From Planctomycetota bacterium (GTDB lineage Bacteria; Planctomycetota; Phycisphaerae; WQYP01), in NCBI GenBank assembly GCA_021818445.1, contig JAKAEB010000015.1, positions 50 to 64,049 on the forward strand: a stretch of 64,000 nucleotides of DNA, in the 5' to 3' direction. The translations under genes were made by a program, and so were the position numbers. This document shows positions 1-10,718 of this stretch, piece after piece (positions within the stretch are counted from its first letter, which is position 1; each line of letters starts with the position of its first letter). The notes beneath the pieces are model-generated. The model saw only the letters and a program-made list of their open reading frames with translations. It made no database searches and was not told the origin of the DNA.

Positions 1-145
1 TGATTTATGGTACAGACTTTTGCCCCTGGTTGAACGAAAACGCCATTTTTACCACCCAACTGCGAAGGTTGGGTTAGGAAAAGATGGATTGCGATTTCGC
101 AATCAGGAAGATTCAGACAAAGCTGCTCGGGAATGGGCCACAGAA

Positions 146-1255
146 TCAGTGTTCTTCGGTTTTGTGGACAAGATTGGCAAGTTTGGCCTCAACGGCCCGG
201 AGACGCTTGGCAATTTCCGGTAGTTGAAAAATTTGCAGATAGACACGTTTGGCCAGTTTGAAATCCATTGCCGGAGTGCCACCAATATCGCGCCCGGGTT
301 CAATATCGGAGGTAATGCCCGACTGGGCGGCCGCCCGCACTCGATCTCCGATGCGGATATGGCCGGCCACACCAACCTGACCGGCGAGCACGACATAGTC
401 GCCGGTGGTTGAACTTCCGGCGATACCGACCTGGCTGACGAGCAGATTATGTCGACCGATTTGACAGTTGTGGCCCACGACGACATTGTTGCCAATTTTT
501 GTGCCTTCGCCGACGAGTGTAGACTCCATGGCAGCGCGTTCGATGACCGTATTGGCCCCCACTTCGACATCATCACCCAAAACCACATTACCAACCTGCG
601 GTATTTTATGATGCACTCCTTGATGCGTAGCGAAGCCGTAACCATCGCAGCCAATGGCCGCACCAGACTGGATAATCACGCGTTTGCCAAGGCGGCAGCA
701 ATCATAAACGACGACATTGGGGTAAAGGATGCAGTCGGACTCAAGTTCGGCCCCGGCCATAATCTGCACGCCGGAATAGAGAACACACCGATCGCCGATC
801 CGGCAATTTTCCCCGATGGTGACAAACGGCGCGATGTAGCAATCGGCTCCGATGCGGGCCGATGGCGCGATGTCGCACAGCGGAGATACCATTGGCTTGG
901 GGTGGGACCGCATGCCATGGATGGCCACCATAATCTGGCGGAAGGCAAAATAAGGATCGGCGGCCTGGATGATGGTAAGTGGGGAATCTGACGGTCGCTT
1001 GATCGACTGATGATTCAACTTGGCATCCACCACCACGCAACCGGCGGCGGTGGTGTTTAGCTGCCCGATGTATTTAATATTTGAGACGAAACTGATGTCT
1101 TCCGGCCCGGCGGATTCCAGCCCACAGCAGCGTTTAATCCGTCTGTTGCCATCACCAATCACTGTGCCACCGACCTGGGCCGCAAGCTCATTGACGGTGA
1201 AGGTCACGGGCACATCGGGTGCAGTTTTTGACAAGGCGGACGCAATTTCGGGCAT
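146..1255 (-). CDS. lpxD: UDP-3-O-(3-hydroxyacyl)glucosamine N-acyltransferase
   Basis: 369-aa ORF with an N-terminal LpxD-type domain followed by many hexapeptide (left-handed beta-helix) repeats of the form IGxxxxIGxxxxI. The length and architecture are typical of LpxD. Confidence 0.85.
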   Translation of the reverse strand: MPEIASALSKTAPDVPVTFTVNELAAQVGGTVIGDGNRRIKRCCGLESAGPEDISFVSNIKYIGQLNTTAAGCVVVDAKLNHQSIKRPSDSPLTIIQAADPYFAFRQIMVAIHGMRSHPKPMVSPLCDIAPSARIGADCYIAPFVTIGENCRIGDRCVLYSGVQIMAGAELESDCILYPNVVVYDCCRLGKRVIIQSGAAIGCDGYGFATHQGVHHKIPQVGNVVLGDDVEVGANTVIERAAMESTLVGEGTKIGNNVVVGHNCQIGRHNLLVSQVGIAGSSTTGDYVVLAGQVGVAGHIRIGDRVRAAAQSGITSDIEPGRDIGGTPAMDFKLAKRVYLQIFQLPEIAKRLRAVEAKLANLVHKTEEH

Positions 1256-1431
1256 CTGAATTCCTCTTAAACGCCATCAGGCAGCATGTTTCAAGCGTTG
1301 CTGCGATAGCCGCGCCACGGCGTATGCGGCAGTAACGAATGCAAACATATGCCCAAAGAGTATAGTGGATTTTTGAGGTTGTCTCCTGCGCTGATAATGC
1401 AAGCATTATGGCGGGGTGCGGGGCGCAGTGT

Positions 1432-1935
1432 TCAGCCAAAGGCAACTTGATTGCGATTTTGCCGACGGACCGAATCGTTGAATTTTGTCAGAGTGATGGT
1501 GTTGCCGGCTTCATTGAATACCACGTTGTTCATGAAGGCTCGCATAAGTAGCAACCCGCGACCGGAGGTTTGTTCCAAATTTTGATCGCTGGTGGGATCG
1601 GGTACCGAAGCGGGATTAAAGCCGGGCCCCTCATCGGCGATGACGACATCACATCGGCGGGGTGTCACACGATATTTAATATGAATCTGCTTGGATGAAT
1701 CGGATCGATTGCCATGCCGAACGGCGTTATGAATGGCTTCTTCAACGGCAAGTTTCAGGGCGAAGAGATCGCGTTCGGTATAGGCGTGCATTTCGCACAG
1801 GGAGAGAATGGCCTCTTCCACATCACGGGCCCTACGGATATCAGACTCGATGTCGCAGGAACACCAAAGCTTTGGGCTGGTGTCGGCTGCGGAACTTTTT
1901 GCGGCCGGATGGCGGTGTGAGTGCGAATGTTTCAT
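1432..1935 (-). CDS. RsbW-like anti-sigma factor / serine protein kinase (HATPase_c)
   Basis: The C-terminal motifs AIHNAVRHGN ... DEGPGFNP ... GRGLLLM match the GHKL ATPase fold of partner-switching kinases. The ORF track starts at 2010, but the internal ATG at 1935 (MKHSHS...) gives a typical ~167-aa protein. Confidence 0.65.
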   Translation of the reverse strand: MKHSHSHRHPAAKSSAADTSPKLWCSCDIESDIRRARDVEEAILSLCEMHAYTERDLFALKLAVEEAIHNAVRHGNRSDSSKQIHIKYRVTPRRCDVVIADEGPGFNPASVPDPTSDQNLEQTSGRGLLLMRAFMNNVVFNEAGNTITLTKFNDSVRRQNRNQVAFG

Positions 1936-2098
1936 ACCACGGCGTCCCAAAAACAGGCTATCGCAAGCGCGCCAAAACAATAGTCCGTGGCAATTTCTGG
2001 GGGCATCCATACCCTTCTTGCTGGTTTACCGCCCCACGCGCAAGCATGAGGCCCGACATCTCAATATCGGCGGCGCGAACGCCAGACCGAAAACAGAT

Positions 2099-2476
2099 TC
2101 ACTGCGAAGGTTTTTCCAATGACTCCTTCGCCTCTTTCATTGTCGGAAAGATGCGGAAGAGTTTGTTAAGTTTTGTGATAAGAAAAACCTCGTATATCTG
2201 CGGATTGATGGAGCACAAACGGAGTTGGCCGTCGCGTTCCCTCACTTTATAGTTCACAGTGATAAGCGTTCCCAGGGCGGAAGATGATAGATGATCAACG
2301 CCGGCAAAGGAGATGATGATTTTGGGCTTTAGTTGGGTCTCAACATAGGAGGTGAGCTGTTGACCCATCTCTGCGATCTCGTTTTCTTCAAGCAACTTAC
2401 GGACGGTGAATTCGACGATGGTTAACTCGCCTTCGCGAGTGAGTTTGATCGGCGAGGTTTCCTTATCCTTCAGCAT
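2099..2476 (-). CDS. STAS-domain anti-sigma factor antagonist (SpoIIAA-like)
   Basis: The fold pattern TIVEF...LDLSGVDHLSSSALGTLI is a STAS domain with the phosphorylatable Ser region. It lies immediately upstream of the RsbW-like kinase on the same strand. Start chosen at the internal ATG 2476 (MLKDKE...). Confidence 0.7.
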   Translation of the reverse strand: MLKDKETSPIKLTREGELTIVEFTVRKLLEENEIAEMGQQLTSYVETQLKPKIIISFAGVDHLSSSALGTLITVNYKVRERDGQLRLCSINPQIYEVFLITKLNKLFRIFPTMKEAKESLEKPSQ

Positions 2477-2665
2477 GGCAGCAAGGCCCCTGGAAAACAT
2501 AGTCGCATCGCAACACTGACCCATTCTGATAAAAGGCCAGTCCGCTAACCCATTTACGCATCATAAGCTGAAAAGCCGAAGAGTCAATGGCCTACACCCA
2601 GATTTATGGGTCACCCAATTGTTGCATGTATCAGGCTGCACATGACGAGGCAATGGCACTTGGGG

Positions 2666-3151
2666 TCAAGGCCTCATCTTGCCCCGGTAGCGCCCGATGG
2701 CCTGACGGATTTGCTGTTCAACTCGCTGCGGCGAACGAATCCAATGCCATGTACCGCTTGGCATATTCGTGGCCTCAAACGTAAAGCCCAGCGTTCCGGT
2801 TCGGAGCACCTTTTGCGGTAGCGATTGCGTAAGGGTGATGCTGCTGATGCGTCCCAATACCGTTTGGGAAATTTGCGGCTGCAATAATCCCTGAATGGTT
2901 ATAAGACGGCAATTGGTGAGGATGTAATGGTAGCCGATCCATTCCATCACACCGTAGAGAAGTCGGCATGCGACCAAAATGGCGGTGATCGTGACCATGG
3001 TTCGCAATCCAATCACATGGTCGATCACCTGGGATGTTTCCGAGAGCAACGCCAACGCAAGTACCACGACAATGTAAGTGGAACTGGTAACGAAGATGTA
3101 CCAGACGGATGGGCGAAGCATCAGAATGACAATTTCGTTTTCGTGGAGCAT
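2666..3151 (-). CDS. membrane protein with bacterial PH domain (bPH_2/DUF304, YdbS-like)
   Basis: Two hydrophobic helices are followed by YILTNCRLITIQG...GTLGFTF, the hallmark YxxTxxRxxxxxG of bPH_2. The start is ambiguous between 3271 and 3151. Confidence 0.5.
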   Translation of the reverse strand: MLHENEIVILMLRPSVWYIFVTSSTYIVVVLALALLSETSQVIDHVIGLRTMVTITAILVACRLLYGVMEWIGYHYILTNCRLITIQGLLQPQISQTVLGRISSITLTQSLPQKVLRTGTLGFTFEATNMPSGTWHWIRSPQRVEQQIRQAIGRYRGKMRP

Positions 3152-3307
3152 ATTCTGCGGTGAAACCGCCTGCGCCACACCCACGGCCGATGACGCCGAC
3201 CCAGCAAACCTCGACCACCGGTCCGTGGCGGAGGAGTTAGGCAGGCATTGAGGACGGCGTGGCATACACATGGCTCCCCGAAGTTTGAATGGAATCCAGC
3301 CGAATGA

Positions 3308-4573
3308 TCACACTTCAAGCAAAAGTCGAGACGGATCCTCCAATGAATCCTTTACATGCACCAGAAAGGTGACAGCCTGCTGCCCGTCGATCAGGCGGTG
3401 GTCGTACGATAGGGCCACATACATCATTGGACGGATAACAACTTGATCATTCACTACCACGGCACGCTTTTCAATTTTGTGCAGGCCCAGGATGGCGGAC
3501 TGTGGCGGGTTGAGAATGGGCGTTGATATAAGCGAGCCAAATACGCCACCGTTTGTAATGGTGAACGTGCCGCCGGACAGGTCATCGAGCGCAATTTTGC
3601 CCTCGCGGGCTTTGGTTGCAAGGCGTTTAATTTCCAATTCAATTTGCGCCATCGACATCCGATCCGCATTGCGAACCACCGGCACCACCAGCCCCTTTTC
3701 GGTCGCCACCGCTATGCCCAGATGCATGCGATGCTTATAGACGATGGTCTTTTCCTGCAATTGGGCATTTACGCTGGGCACCGCCTTGGCGGCTGCGCAC
3801 ACGGCGCGGGCAAAAAATGAGAGGAAGCCAAGACCGACGCCATGACTTTTTTCAAATTTTTCTTTGTATTTTTCGCGCAGCGCCATCACGGCGGACATGT
3901 CAATTTCGTTAATGGTTGTGAGGATGGCGGCCGTGTGCTGCGCCTCAACCAGGCGCTTGGCGATGGTCTCGCGCAGCTTGCTTAGCTCCACACGCGTTTC
4001 ATCATCAGAAGTTGGTGTTGCGGTAGGTGCCGCCTCTGCCGCGACGCGGACGGAGTGGGAATTGCGGGCATCGCGCGACTGCTGCCCCGCTGCCGCATCA
4101 GCCGCGGAAATATTGCGCCCATCAATAAACTTCAGCACGTCACCCTTGGTAATGCGCTCGCCAGGCCCGGTGGCGGGAATTTTAGATGGGTCCAGTTTAT
4201 TTTCGCTCACCAAGCGTTGGACGGATGGGGCAAGGGGTTTATCGCCGGTCGCTGCACCCGGGGCCGGGGGTGTGGACGGGGCAGATTTTTTGGATGCCGC
4301 CGCCTTCGATGGGTCGGCTGCCGTCGCGGTGCCGGGTTCAATGCGGGCAATCACATCGCCGACGTTCACGGTTTTGCCCTGATCGCACACGATGCGTAAT
4401 ACGCCGGCATTACCGGCGGGCAGTTCCACGGTGGCCTTGTCGGTCTCCAATTCAGCTACGACATCGTCGGGGCCGACGGCCTGGCCATCGCTTTTTACCC
4501 AGTTGGCGATGCGTGCCTCGGTGACGGATTCCCCTAATCCAGGAACTTGAAGATCAATACCTGCGTTGGCCAT
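3308..4573 (-). CDS. sucB: 2-oxoglutarate dehydrogenase E2 (dihydrolipoyllysine-residue succinyltransferase)
   Basis: It has an N-terminal lipoyl domain ([13 protein letters not shown]), an Ala/Pro-rich linker, an E3-binding segment and a C-terminal catalytic domain (DHRLIDG). It sits directly downstream of sucA. Confidence 0.9.
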   Translation of the reverse strand: MANAGIDLQVPGLGESVTEARIANWVKSDGQAVGPDDVVAELETDKATVELPAGNAGVLRIVCDQGKTVNVGDVIARIEPGTATAADPSKAAASKKSAPSTPPAPGAATGDKPLAPSVQRLVSENKLDPSKIPATGPGERITKGDVLKFIDGRNISAADAAAGQQSRDARNSHSVRVAAEAAPTATPTSDDETRVELSKLRETIAKRLVEAQHTAAILTTINEIDMSAVMALREKYKEKFEKSHGVGLGFLSFFARAVCAAAKAVPSVNAQLQEKTIVYKHRMHLGIAVATEKGLVVPVVRNADRMSMAQIELEIKRLATKAREGKIALDDLSGGTFTITNGGVFGSLISTPILNPPQSAILGLHKIEKRAVVVNDQVVIRPMMYVALSYDHRLIDGQQAVTFLVHVKDSLEDPSRLLLEV

Positions 4574-4696
4574 GAATTAACATCCTATGACTTAAAACTT
4601 CCTCGTTGGCGGCACAATAACGCGCCAAGCGGTGCTTACGCAACCCAGGCGTAGGTGTCTGCCCGCGTATGACACACGCCACCGGTGAGAGTGCGG

Positions 4697-7513
4697 CTAT
4701 TTAGCGATCGGTACACCCTCGCGCACCTCAATTTCACTGGGCTGATTCAATTTCGATGGCTGCACGGGTGCCTTGGCGGGCGTCAACGGAAGGCTAAGTG
4801 CCTTGGCGATGATCTCTGCCTGTTCGTGAACATGGCGCTCATGCGACCCTGCCGCGGGTGAGCACGACGGTTTGCGACCGATATAAACCAGCTTTTGCAT
4901 ACCCGGCCAGTGGTAATGGAGTTTGGCCCCGATGAAGGGATATACGCCATTGTTGCGTGGCTCTTCCTGCACCCAAAACATCTCCACATTCTTGGGATAG
5001 GTGCGGGCAATTTCGGTAAGTCGATCTGCTTGGAAGGGATAAATCTGTTCCAACCTCAGGATCGCGATATCTTCAATGTGGTGCTTGCTGCGTTCGGCCA
5101 GCAATTCATAGTAAATTTTGCCGGAACACATAATGACCCGCTTCACACGCGATCGATCAATCGGGTGCGTCTCATCAATAATTTCCTCAAACTGACCGTG
5201 AGAAAATTCTTTCAAATCGGACACTGCCTGCTTGGACCGCAGCAGGCTCTTGGGGGCCATGACGATAAGCGGTTTACGGAACGAGCGAATCACCTGCCGT
5301 CGCAGCAGATGGAAGTACTGCGCCGGAGTGGTGGGATTGCACACCTGGATGTTGTCTTCGGCCGCCAATTGTAAAAAGCGTTCCAGCCGGGCGTGAGAAT
5401 GTTCCGGTCCCTGCCCTTCGTAACCATGGGGCAGCAGCATGACCAAACCGTTGTACTTATTCCACTTGGTTTCAGCACTGACAATGAACTGGTCAATGAT
5501 GGGCTGAGCCATATTGACGAAATCGCCAAACTGCGCTTCCCACATGACCAAAGCCAGCGGGTCGGCGGAGGCAAAGCCAAATTCAAAGCCCACCACGGCC
5601 AGTTCTGAAAGCATGGTGTTGATGATGGTGAAACGTGATTTATTTTCGGCAAATGCGGCCAGCGGCGTAAACGCCTCACCGTTTTTGTGGTCGTAGATGA
5701 CGGCATTGCGATGACTGAACGTTCCCCGGCAGACATCCTGGCCGGTCAGTCGCACCCATGTGCCGGCGTCCAGCAGCGACCCGATGGCAAGCATCTCGCC
5801 GGTGCCCCAATCGATGCCTGTACCACTGGTGACAGCATCGAGACGGGCTTTGTACATCTGCGCAATTTTTGGATGTGGATTAAAGTTCGATGGCAGATTA
5901 CAAAGCCGCTGGGCAATTTGCGTTAATTTGTCGGCAGGTACGGCGGTTTGGGCGCGCCAGTCTGAAATTTTTGCTGGCACTTTGACCAGGTCTTTCCACG
6001 GGCCGTGCGTGGGCGGAGCGCTTTCTGTGGGCTTAAAGGTTTTGCCATATTCGTGGGCCTTGTCCAGCCTGTCGCGGATACTGTGGGCCATTTGATCCAG
6101 TTCGGCATCGGTGGCCACGGATTCCTGCAGGAGCCGCTCGGCGTAAAGCACGCGGGTGGTTTTGTGTTTGGCAATGTCCGCATACATGAGAGGCTGCGTC
6201 ACAGACGGATCGTCCAATTCATTGTGCCCGCGCCGACGATAGCAAACTAAATCGATGATGACATCGGCTTTGAATTTTTGACGGAATGCCATCGCCAGAC
6301 GCGCCGCATGCACCACCGCCTCGGGATCGTCGCCATTGACATGGAACACCGGCGCTTGAATCGCCTTGGCCGCATCGGATGGATACCGGGTAAAGCGGGC
6401 ATCTTTGGGGTCGGTCGTGAAACCGATTTGATTGTTCACAATAATGTGGATCGTACCGCCCGTGCGGTAGGCTTCTAATTCTGAAAGATACAGGGTTTCA
6501 ACAACAACTCCCTGCCCGGTAAAGGCGGCATCACCATGAATCAGCACGGGAATGACCTGCTCGCGTGCAGCGTCACCTTTGCGGTTTTGCTTGGCGCGGA
6601 CAATCCCTTCCACAATCGGATCAACAATTTCCAGATGGCTGGGATTGGATGCCAGCGACAGGTGCATCTGTTTGCCACACGATGTGACGATGTCGCACGC
6701 ATATCCGAGATGGTATTTCACATCGCCATCCCCCTGCGATTTTTGGGGGCGATCCATCACTTCACTCATGATAACTTCGTAAGGCTTGTGAAAAATGTGT
6801 GCCAGCACGTTGAGCCGTCCGCGGTGCGCCATGCCCGTGATGAGTTCATCGGCACCAAGTTCCGATGCGGTATCAATGAGTTCGTCCATAAGGGGGATGA
6901 GTGATTCCGCCCCTTCTATCGAGAACCGCTTGACGGTCGGGTGGCGGCGTTGGAGAAATTGCTCGAATTCTTCAGCGGCGATGATGCGTGACATAATCGC
7001 CTTGCGCTTTTCTGCACTTAGCACCGGTTTATTCAGCGTCGGTTCCATGCGTTCCTGCAAAAAGGCACGCTGGGTCGGATCGCGTATTTCCATATACTCC
7101 ACGGCAAGCGTACCGCAGTAAGTGGTACGCAACATTTCAATAAGTTGCCGCAGTGGTAGCGGTGCCCCACCACCGAATGTACCGGTGGCGACGGTGCGGT
7201 CCATATCCGCATCGGTAAGGCCAAATTCGGAAAGCTCAAGCAGCGGATGCCGCGCGGCGTTGTGCCCGAGCGGATCCAGATTGGCAATCAGGTGACCCAT
7301 TTCGCGGTAGCTGTGGATCAAGTCTCCTACAGCCAATACAGCGGCCCCGGCGGCATCAGCCGGCTGGGAGAGACGCGGCGGTGAACCGGCGGCTATATCG
7401 AAACCGCGAAAGAACCAGTCCCATTGCTGATCCACCGATCGGGGATCTTTTTGCCATTGGGAATACAGGGTGTCAAGAAACTCGGGGCTGTATGCGTTAA
7501 CGGCTTCAGACAT
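4697..7513 (-). CDS. sucA: 2-oxoglutarate dehydrogenase E1 component
   Basis: ~940 aa with an E1 TPP-dependent dehydrogenase N-terminus (SVDQQWDWFF) and a transketolase-like C-terminus. Start taken at the internal ATG 7513 (MSEAVNAY...) rather than the track start at 7651. Confidence 0.9.
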   Translation of the reverse strand: MSEAVNAYSPEFLDTLYSQWQKDPRSVDQQWDWFFRGFDIAAGSPPRLSQPADAAGAAVLAVGDLIHSYREMGHLIANLDPLGHNAARHPLLELSEFGLTDADMDRTVATGTFGGGAPLPLRQLIEMLRTTYCGTLAVEYMEIRDPTQRAFLQERMEPTLNKPVLSAEKRKAIMSRIIAAEEFEQFLQRRHPTVKRFSIEGAESLIPLMDELIDTASELGADELITGMAHRGRLNVLAHIFHKPYEVIMSEVMDRPQKSQGDGDVKYHLGYACDIVTSCGKQMHLSLASNPSHLEIVDPIVEGIVRAKQNRKGDAAREQVIPVLIHGDAAFTGQGVVVETLYLSELEAYRTGGTIHIIVNNQIGFTTDPKDARFTRYPSDAAKAIQAPVFHVNGDDPEAVVHAARLAMAFRQKFKADVIIDLVCYRRRGHNELDDPSVTQPLMYADIAKHKTTRVLYAERLLQESVATDAELDQMAHSIRDRLDKAHEYGKTFKPTESAPPTHGPWKDLVKVPAKISDWRAQTAVPADKLTQIAQRLCNLPSNFNPHPKIAQMYKARLDAVTSGTGIDWGTGEMLAIGSLLDAGTWVRLTGQDVCRGTFSHRNAVIYDHKNGEAFTPLAAFAENKSRFTIINTMLSELAVVGFEFGFASADPLALVMWEAQFGDFVNMAQPIIDQFIVSAETKWNKYNGLVMLLPHGYEGQGPEHSHARLERFLQLAAEDNIQVCNPTTPAQYFHLLRRQVIRSFRKPLIVMAPKSLLRSKQAVSDLKEFSHGQFEEIIDETHPIDRSRVKRVIMCSGKIYYELLAERSKHHIEDIAILRLEQIYPFQADRLTEIARTYPKNVEMFWVQEEPRNNGVYPFIGAKLHYHWPGMQKLVYIGRKPSCSPAAGSHERHVHEQAEIIAKALSLPLTPAKAPVQPSKLNQPSEIEVREGVPIAK

Positions 7514-7992
7514 ACGGCCCAATTTACTACCACTGGAACTATCCACGTGAAAACTCCGAAAAAACGCGGCGTCTTTTTCCAGACGCTCAAAAAAAGGTGC
7601 AGGCGTTCGCAATGCCCCGGGGAATTTATCCGGAGTCAGGCCCCCGCCCATACCAACTTCGACCGACTTGATTATATGGGATAAGATTGGGCCGCTGAAA
7701 TGGCCGCATGTTAGTCACCATCAATGGCCTCCATACCCTCGCGCTACCGGCGCACCTCCCCAAGGGGGTGGAATCCATTCCATCTCCTCTGCATATTTTA
7801 TCGGACAACCGCATCGGGATACAACACGCCAATCAGCGTACGCGCTGGCGGTGCTGCGGAAACTGTGCCAGCGAGAAGACCATCGCCAATACACAACATG
7901 TTATTTTTTAATGCGTTATAAACAAATGAATCACATACCTTTAAACCCGGGGCAGTTGTATATGCGGCCTTTTACGGTCATACTTTCCGGCG

Positions 7993-8961
7993 ATGTTTGG
8001 GTCTCATTTATCAATTGCGGGGGGCATGGAGCGGGCGTTGATCGAGGCGGAAGCCCTTGGCCTTGATACGGTGCAGGTGTTTACCCGCAATCAGCAGCAA
8101 TGGCGAATTCCACCGCTGGATGCCGGGAGTGTCCAATTATTTCGGCAGCATGCCGCCCGACTGCATTTCAACAAGATGGTGGCCCACGATTCCTACCTCA
8201 TTAATTTGGCAACAGGCGAGCAGACGCTGCGGAATAAGAGCATTGATGCCCTTGCGTCCGAATTGGAACGCTGCGAAGCATTGGGGATATTTGCGCTGGT
8301 GACTCATGGTGGTTCGCATGGAGGCGATGGCGAGGCGGTGGGAATATCCCGACTCATTGAATCGATCAATAAAGTTTTAGACAGCACCAGCGCGAACACA
8401 CTGCTATGCCTTGAAACTACAGCCGGCCAAGGTGCAAGCCTTAATTACCGCTTTGAACATATCCGCGATGTGATGGCGGGCGTAAAAAACGCTGGCCGCA
8501 TGGCGGTATGCATGGATACCGCCCATATCTTTGCGGCCGGTTATGACTTACGTACGGCGGAATCGACATCGGCTGCACTGGAGCAATTTGACCGCGTCGT
8601 TGGTCTTGGCCATCTGGCAGCGATGCACCTCAATGACAGCCTCAAGCCATTGGGAAGCCGGGTAGATCGGCACGCCCACATCGGACATGGGTGCATCGGG
8701 CTTGAGGCATTTGGTGCCATTGTCCAGCATCCGCAGCTTTCGCGCGTGCCGAAAATTTTGGAAACACCTAAGGGCGAAGCGCCGGATGGTCGGCCTTGGG
8801 ATGCAGTCAATTTGCAGATATTGCAACTACTGCAGGCCGGACGCAAAACATCATCACGAGCCATCAAGGCGATACTGGCAAGCAACCCGGTCAAGGCGGC
8901 GAAACCCGCACGCGGTACCAAAAGCAAAATCAACAAACGCCCATTAACGGCGGAGGCGTAG
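7993..8961 (+). CDS. nfo: endonuclease IV (AP endonuclease family 2) with Lys/Ala-rich C-terminal tail
   Basis: The N-terminus MFGSHLSIAGGMERALIEAEALGLDTVQVFTRNQQQW matches Nfo. The xylose-isomerase-like TIM barrel metal ligands (HGGSH, HLNDS) are present. A ~40-aa K/A-rich extension follows. Confidence 0.85.
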   Translation: MFGSHLSIAGGMERALIEAEALGLDTVQVFTRNQQQWRIPPLDAGSVQLFRQHAARLHFNKMVAHDSYLINLATGEQTLRNKSIDALASELERCEALGIFALVTHGGSHGGDGEAVGISRLIESINKVLDSTSANTLLCLETTAGQGASLNYRFEHIRDVMAGVKNAGRMAVCMDTAHIFAAGYDLRTAESTSAALEQFDRVVGLGHLAAMHLNDSLKPLGSRVDRHAHIGHGCIGLEAFGAIVQHPQLSRVPKILETPKGEAPDGRPWDAVNLQILQLLQAGRKTSSRAIKAILASNPVKAAKPARGTKSKINKRPLTAEA

Positions 8962-8963
8962 AT

Positions 8964-10541
8964 ATGGCGGGCCCGACACAAATTGCAGTGCCCATCATGC
9001 TTGGTCATGTTGCCGCCGGCCAACAGGCGGCCAAGGCCGCGGTGGCCCTGGGTGCCAACCTTATCGAGTGGCGTATGGATAGCGCCACACCTTCAGCCGT
9101 GGAGGAATTATTTTCTGATGCTGCCGTTCGCGCAATACCGTGGATATTAACCGTGCGCCCCACCTGGGAAGGCGGCCATTTTGCCGGCGACGAAACTGGC
9201 CGTTTACGCCTGATCAAGTGCTGCCTTGAATATCACCCGGCATATCTGGATATTGAACTCAAGGCGTGGGTGAATAATGCGGCGATATCGGAATATTATG
9301 GTTCCATTGACGTTCAGCACCGTCCGCAATTAATATTATCCAGTCATCATTTCAATTCGCGGCCGGCAGACTTGCACCGGATTCTTGATACGATTGCAAA
9401 TTATCCCGAGGCGCGCGTTGCCAAAATCGCCTTCCAAAGTTCTGACATCCACGACGCGCTCGACGCCCTGGAGTTGTATGAATCGCTGAAGCAATATCCC
9501 CGTTTGCAGGGTGTATTTATCGCCATGGGTGAGCATGGCGCGATTTCGCGAACGCTGGCGGGCAAATTTGGGGCCGCGTTCACCTTTGCCACATTGCCGG
9601 GTGGGTTGCCTACTGCATCGGGGCAACCAACGATCGGCGAACTTGTGGACGTGTATCGGCTCCCTGAGCAGCAGCCGGACTGGGCCGTATGCGGTCTGGT
9701 TGGATGGCCGGTGATGCAGTCCGTTTCGCCCCAGATGCATAATGCGGCTATGAAGGAAATGAAATTCAGCGGCGTGTATGTGCGTTTCCCCCTGCCTGGC
9801 GATGGAGCAGCATTCAAAAGGGCCGTCAAACGGCTGCAGGTGACCGGGCAACTGAACCTGCGGGGGCTGAGTATTACCATCCCGCATAAGGAAAACGCTT
9901 ATCGCTTCGTCACGGAGCTTGGCGGTGTGATAAAGGGCCGTGACGCCGGGGTAATTAATACCATTTTATTTTCTGGCGATGCACCTCCGGTCGGGCTTAA
10001 TACCGATGCGCCCGGTGGTCTGCAGGCATTGCTGCGCGGTGCCGGTTGGCGTGAGGCCGACCTGCAAGGCCGACGTGCCGCGATTATCGGTGCTGGCGGC
10101 GCAGCGGCGGGCCTTGCCGCGGCACTAGCTGAACATGGGTGCCAATTGACAATCTTTAATCGCACTTTACCCCGTGCGCAGCATTTAGCACAGCAAATCC
10201 GGCGTGCCGGCGGCACATGCGACGCCATGGAACTTGGCAAGCTGCAACTTAATGAATTCGATCTGCTGGTGCAGTGCACGCCCGTCGGTATGCACCCGCA
10301 CACAGATGCCATGCCGATTCCGGAAAACAGTCATTTGCGGCCGGGCACCGTCGTGATGGACACCATCTATAACCCGCGCCGAACAAAGCTGCTGCAATGG
10401 GCCGCTATCCGTGGTGGAGTTTGTGTGGAGGGGGTGGAAATGCTGGTGGGGCAGGGGGCGCTGCAGTTCAAAGGTTTTACAGGTTTTAATCCGCCCATCG
10501 GCACGATGCACGATGCGGCCATCAGGGCATTGGGGATTTAA
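8964..10541 (+). CDS. aroDE: bifunctional 3-dehydroquinate dehydratase (type I) / shikimate 5-dehydrogenase
   Basis: The N-terminal half has type I DHQase motifs (IAVPIM, LIEWRMD, active-site region AKIAFQ). The C-terminal half has shikimate dehydrogenase motifs (ITIPHKENA, GAGGAAAGLAAALAEHGCQLTIFNRT). The ATG at 8964 lies 2 nt after the nfo stop. Confidence 0.8.
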   Translation: MAGPTQIAVPIMLGHVAAGQQAAKAAVALGANLIEWRMDSATPSAVEELFSDAAVRAIPWILTVRPTWEGGHFAGDETGRLRLIKCCLEYHPAYLDIELKAWVNNAAISEYYGSIDVQHRPQLILSSHHFNSRPADLHRILDTIANYPEARVAKIAFQSSDIHDALDALELYESLKQYPRLQGVFIAMGEHGAISRTLAGKFGAAFTFATLPGGLPTASGQPTIGELVDVYRLPEQQPDWAVCGLVGWPVMQSVSPQMHNAAMKEMKFSGVYVRFPLPGDGAAFKRAVKRLQVTGQLNLRGLSITIPHKENAYRFVTELGGVIKGRDAGVINTILFSGDAPPVGLNTDAPGGLQALLRGAGWREADLQGRRAAIIGAGGAAAGLAAALAEHGCQLTIFNRTLPRAQHLAQQIRRAGGTCDAMELGKLQLNEFDLLVQCTPVGMHPHTDAMPIPENSHLRPGTVVMDTIYNPRRTKLLQWAAIRGGVCVEGVEMLVGQGALQFKGFTGFNPPIGTMHDAAIRALGI

Positions 10542-10718
10542 TAGACGATAAATGATTTCAGGGGGTTGAACCATAGCAGGCTGCGGTGCGACCAGGTTGG
10601 CGATGGCGGTTGCATCTTATTCAAAGGCAAAAACCGCCTTGCCCGCCGCGTTGGTTTCCACATCAGCCTGGAGAGTGGCCAACTTGGTCGGTGGTCTACG
10701 GCCGAGGACGGCCATCGG

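Noticed and set aside
449-991. 180-aa plus-strand ORF overlapping lpxD, with 103-663 and 676-948 on the minus strand
   Set aside because: They occupy alternative frames of the lpxD hexapeptide-repeat region. Repeats generate long open frames by chance.
4895-6904. Several 100-160-aa ORFs antisense or out of frame within sucA
   Set aside because: They are embedded in a conserved E1 gene. They have no RBS and no recognisable features.
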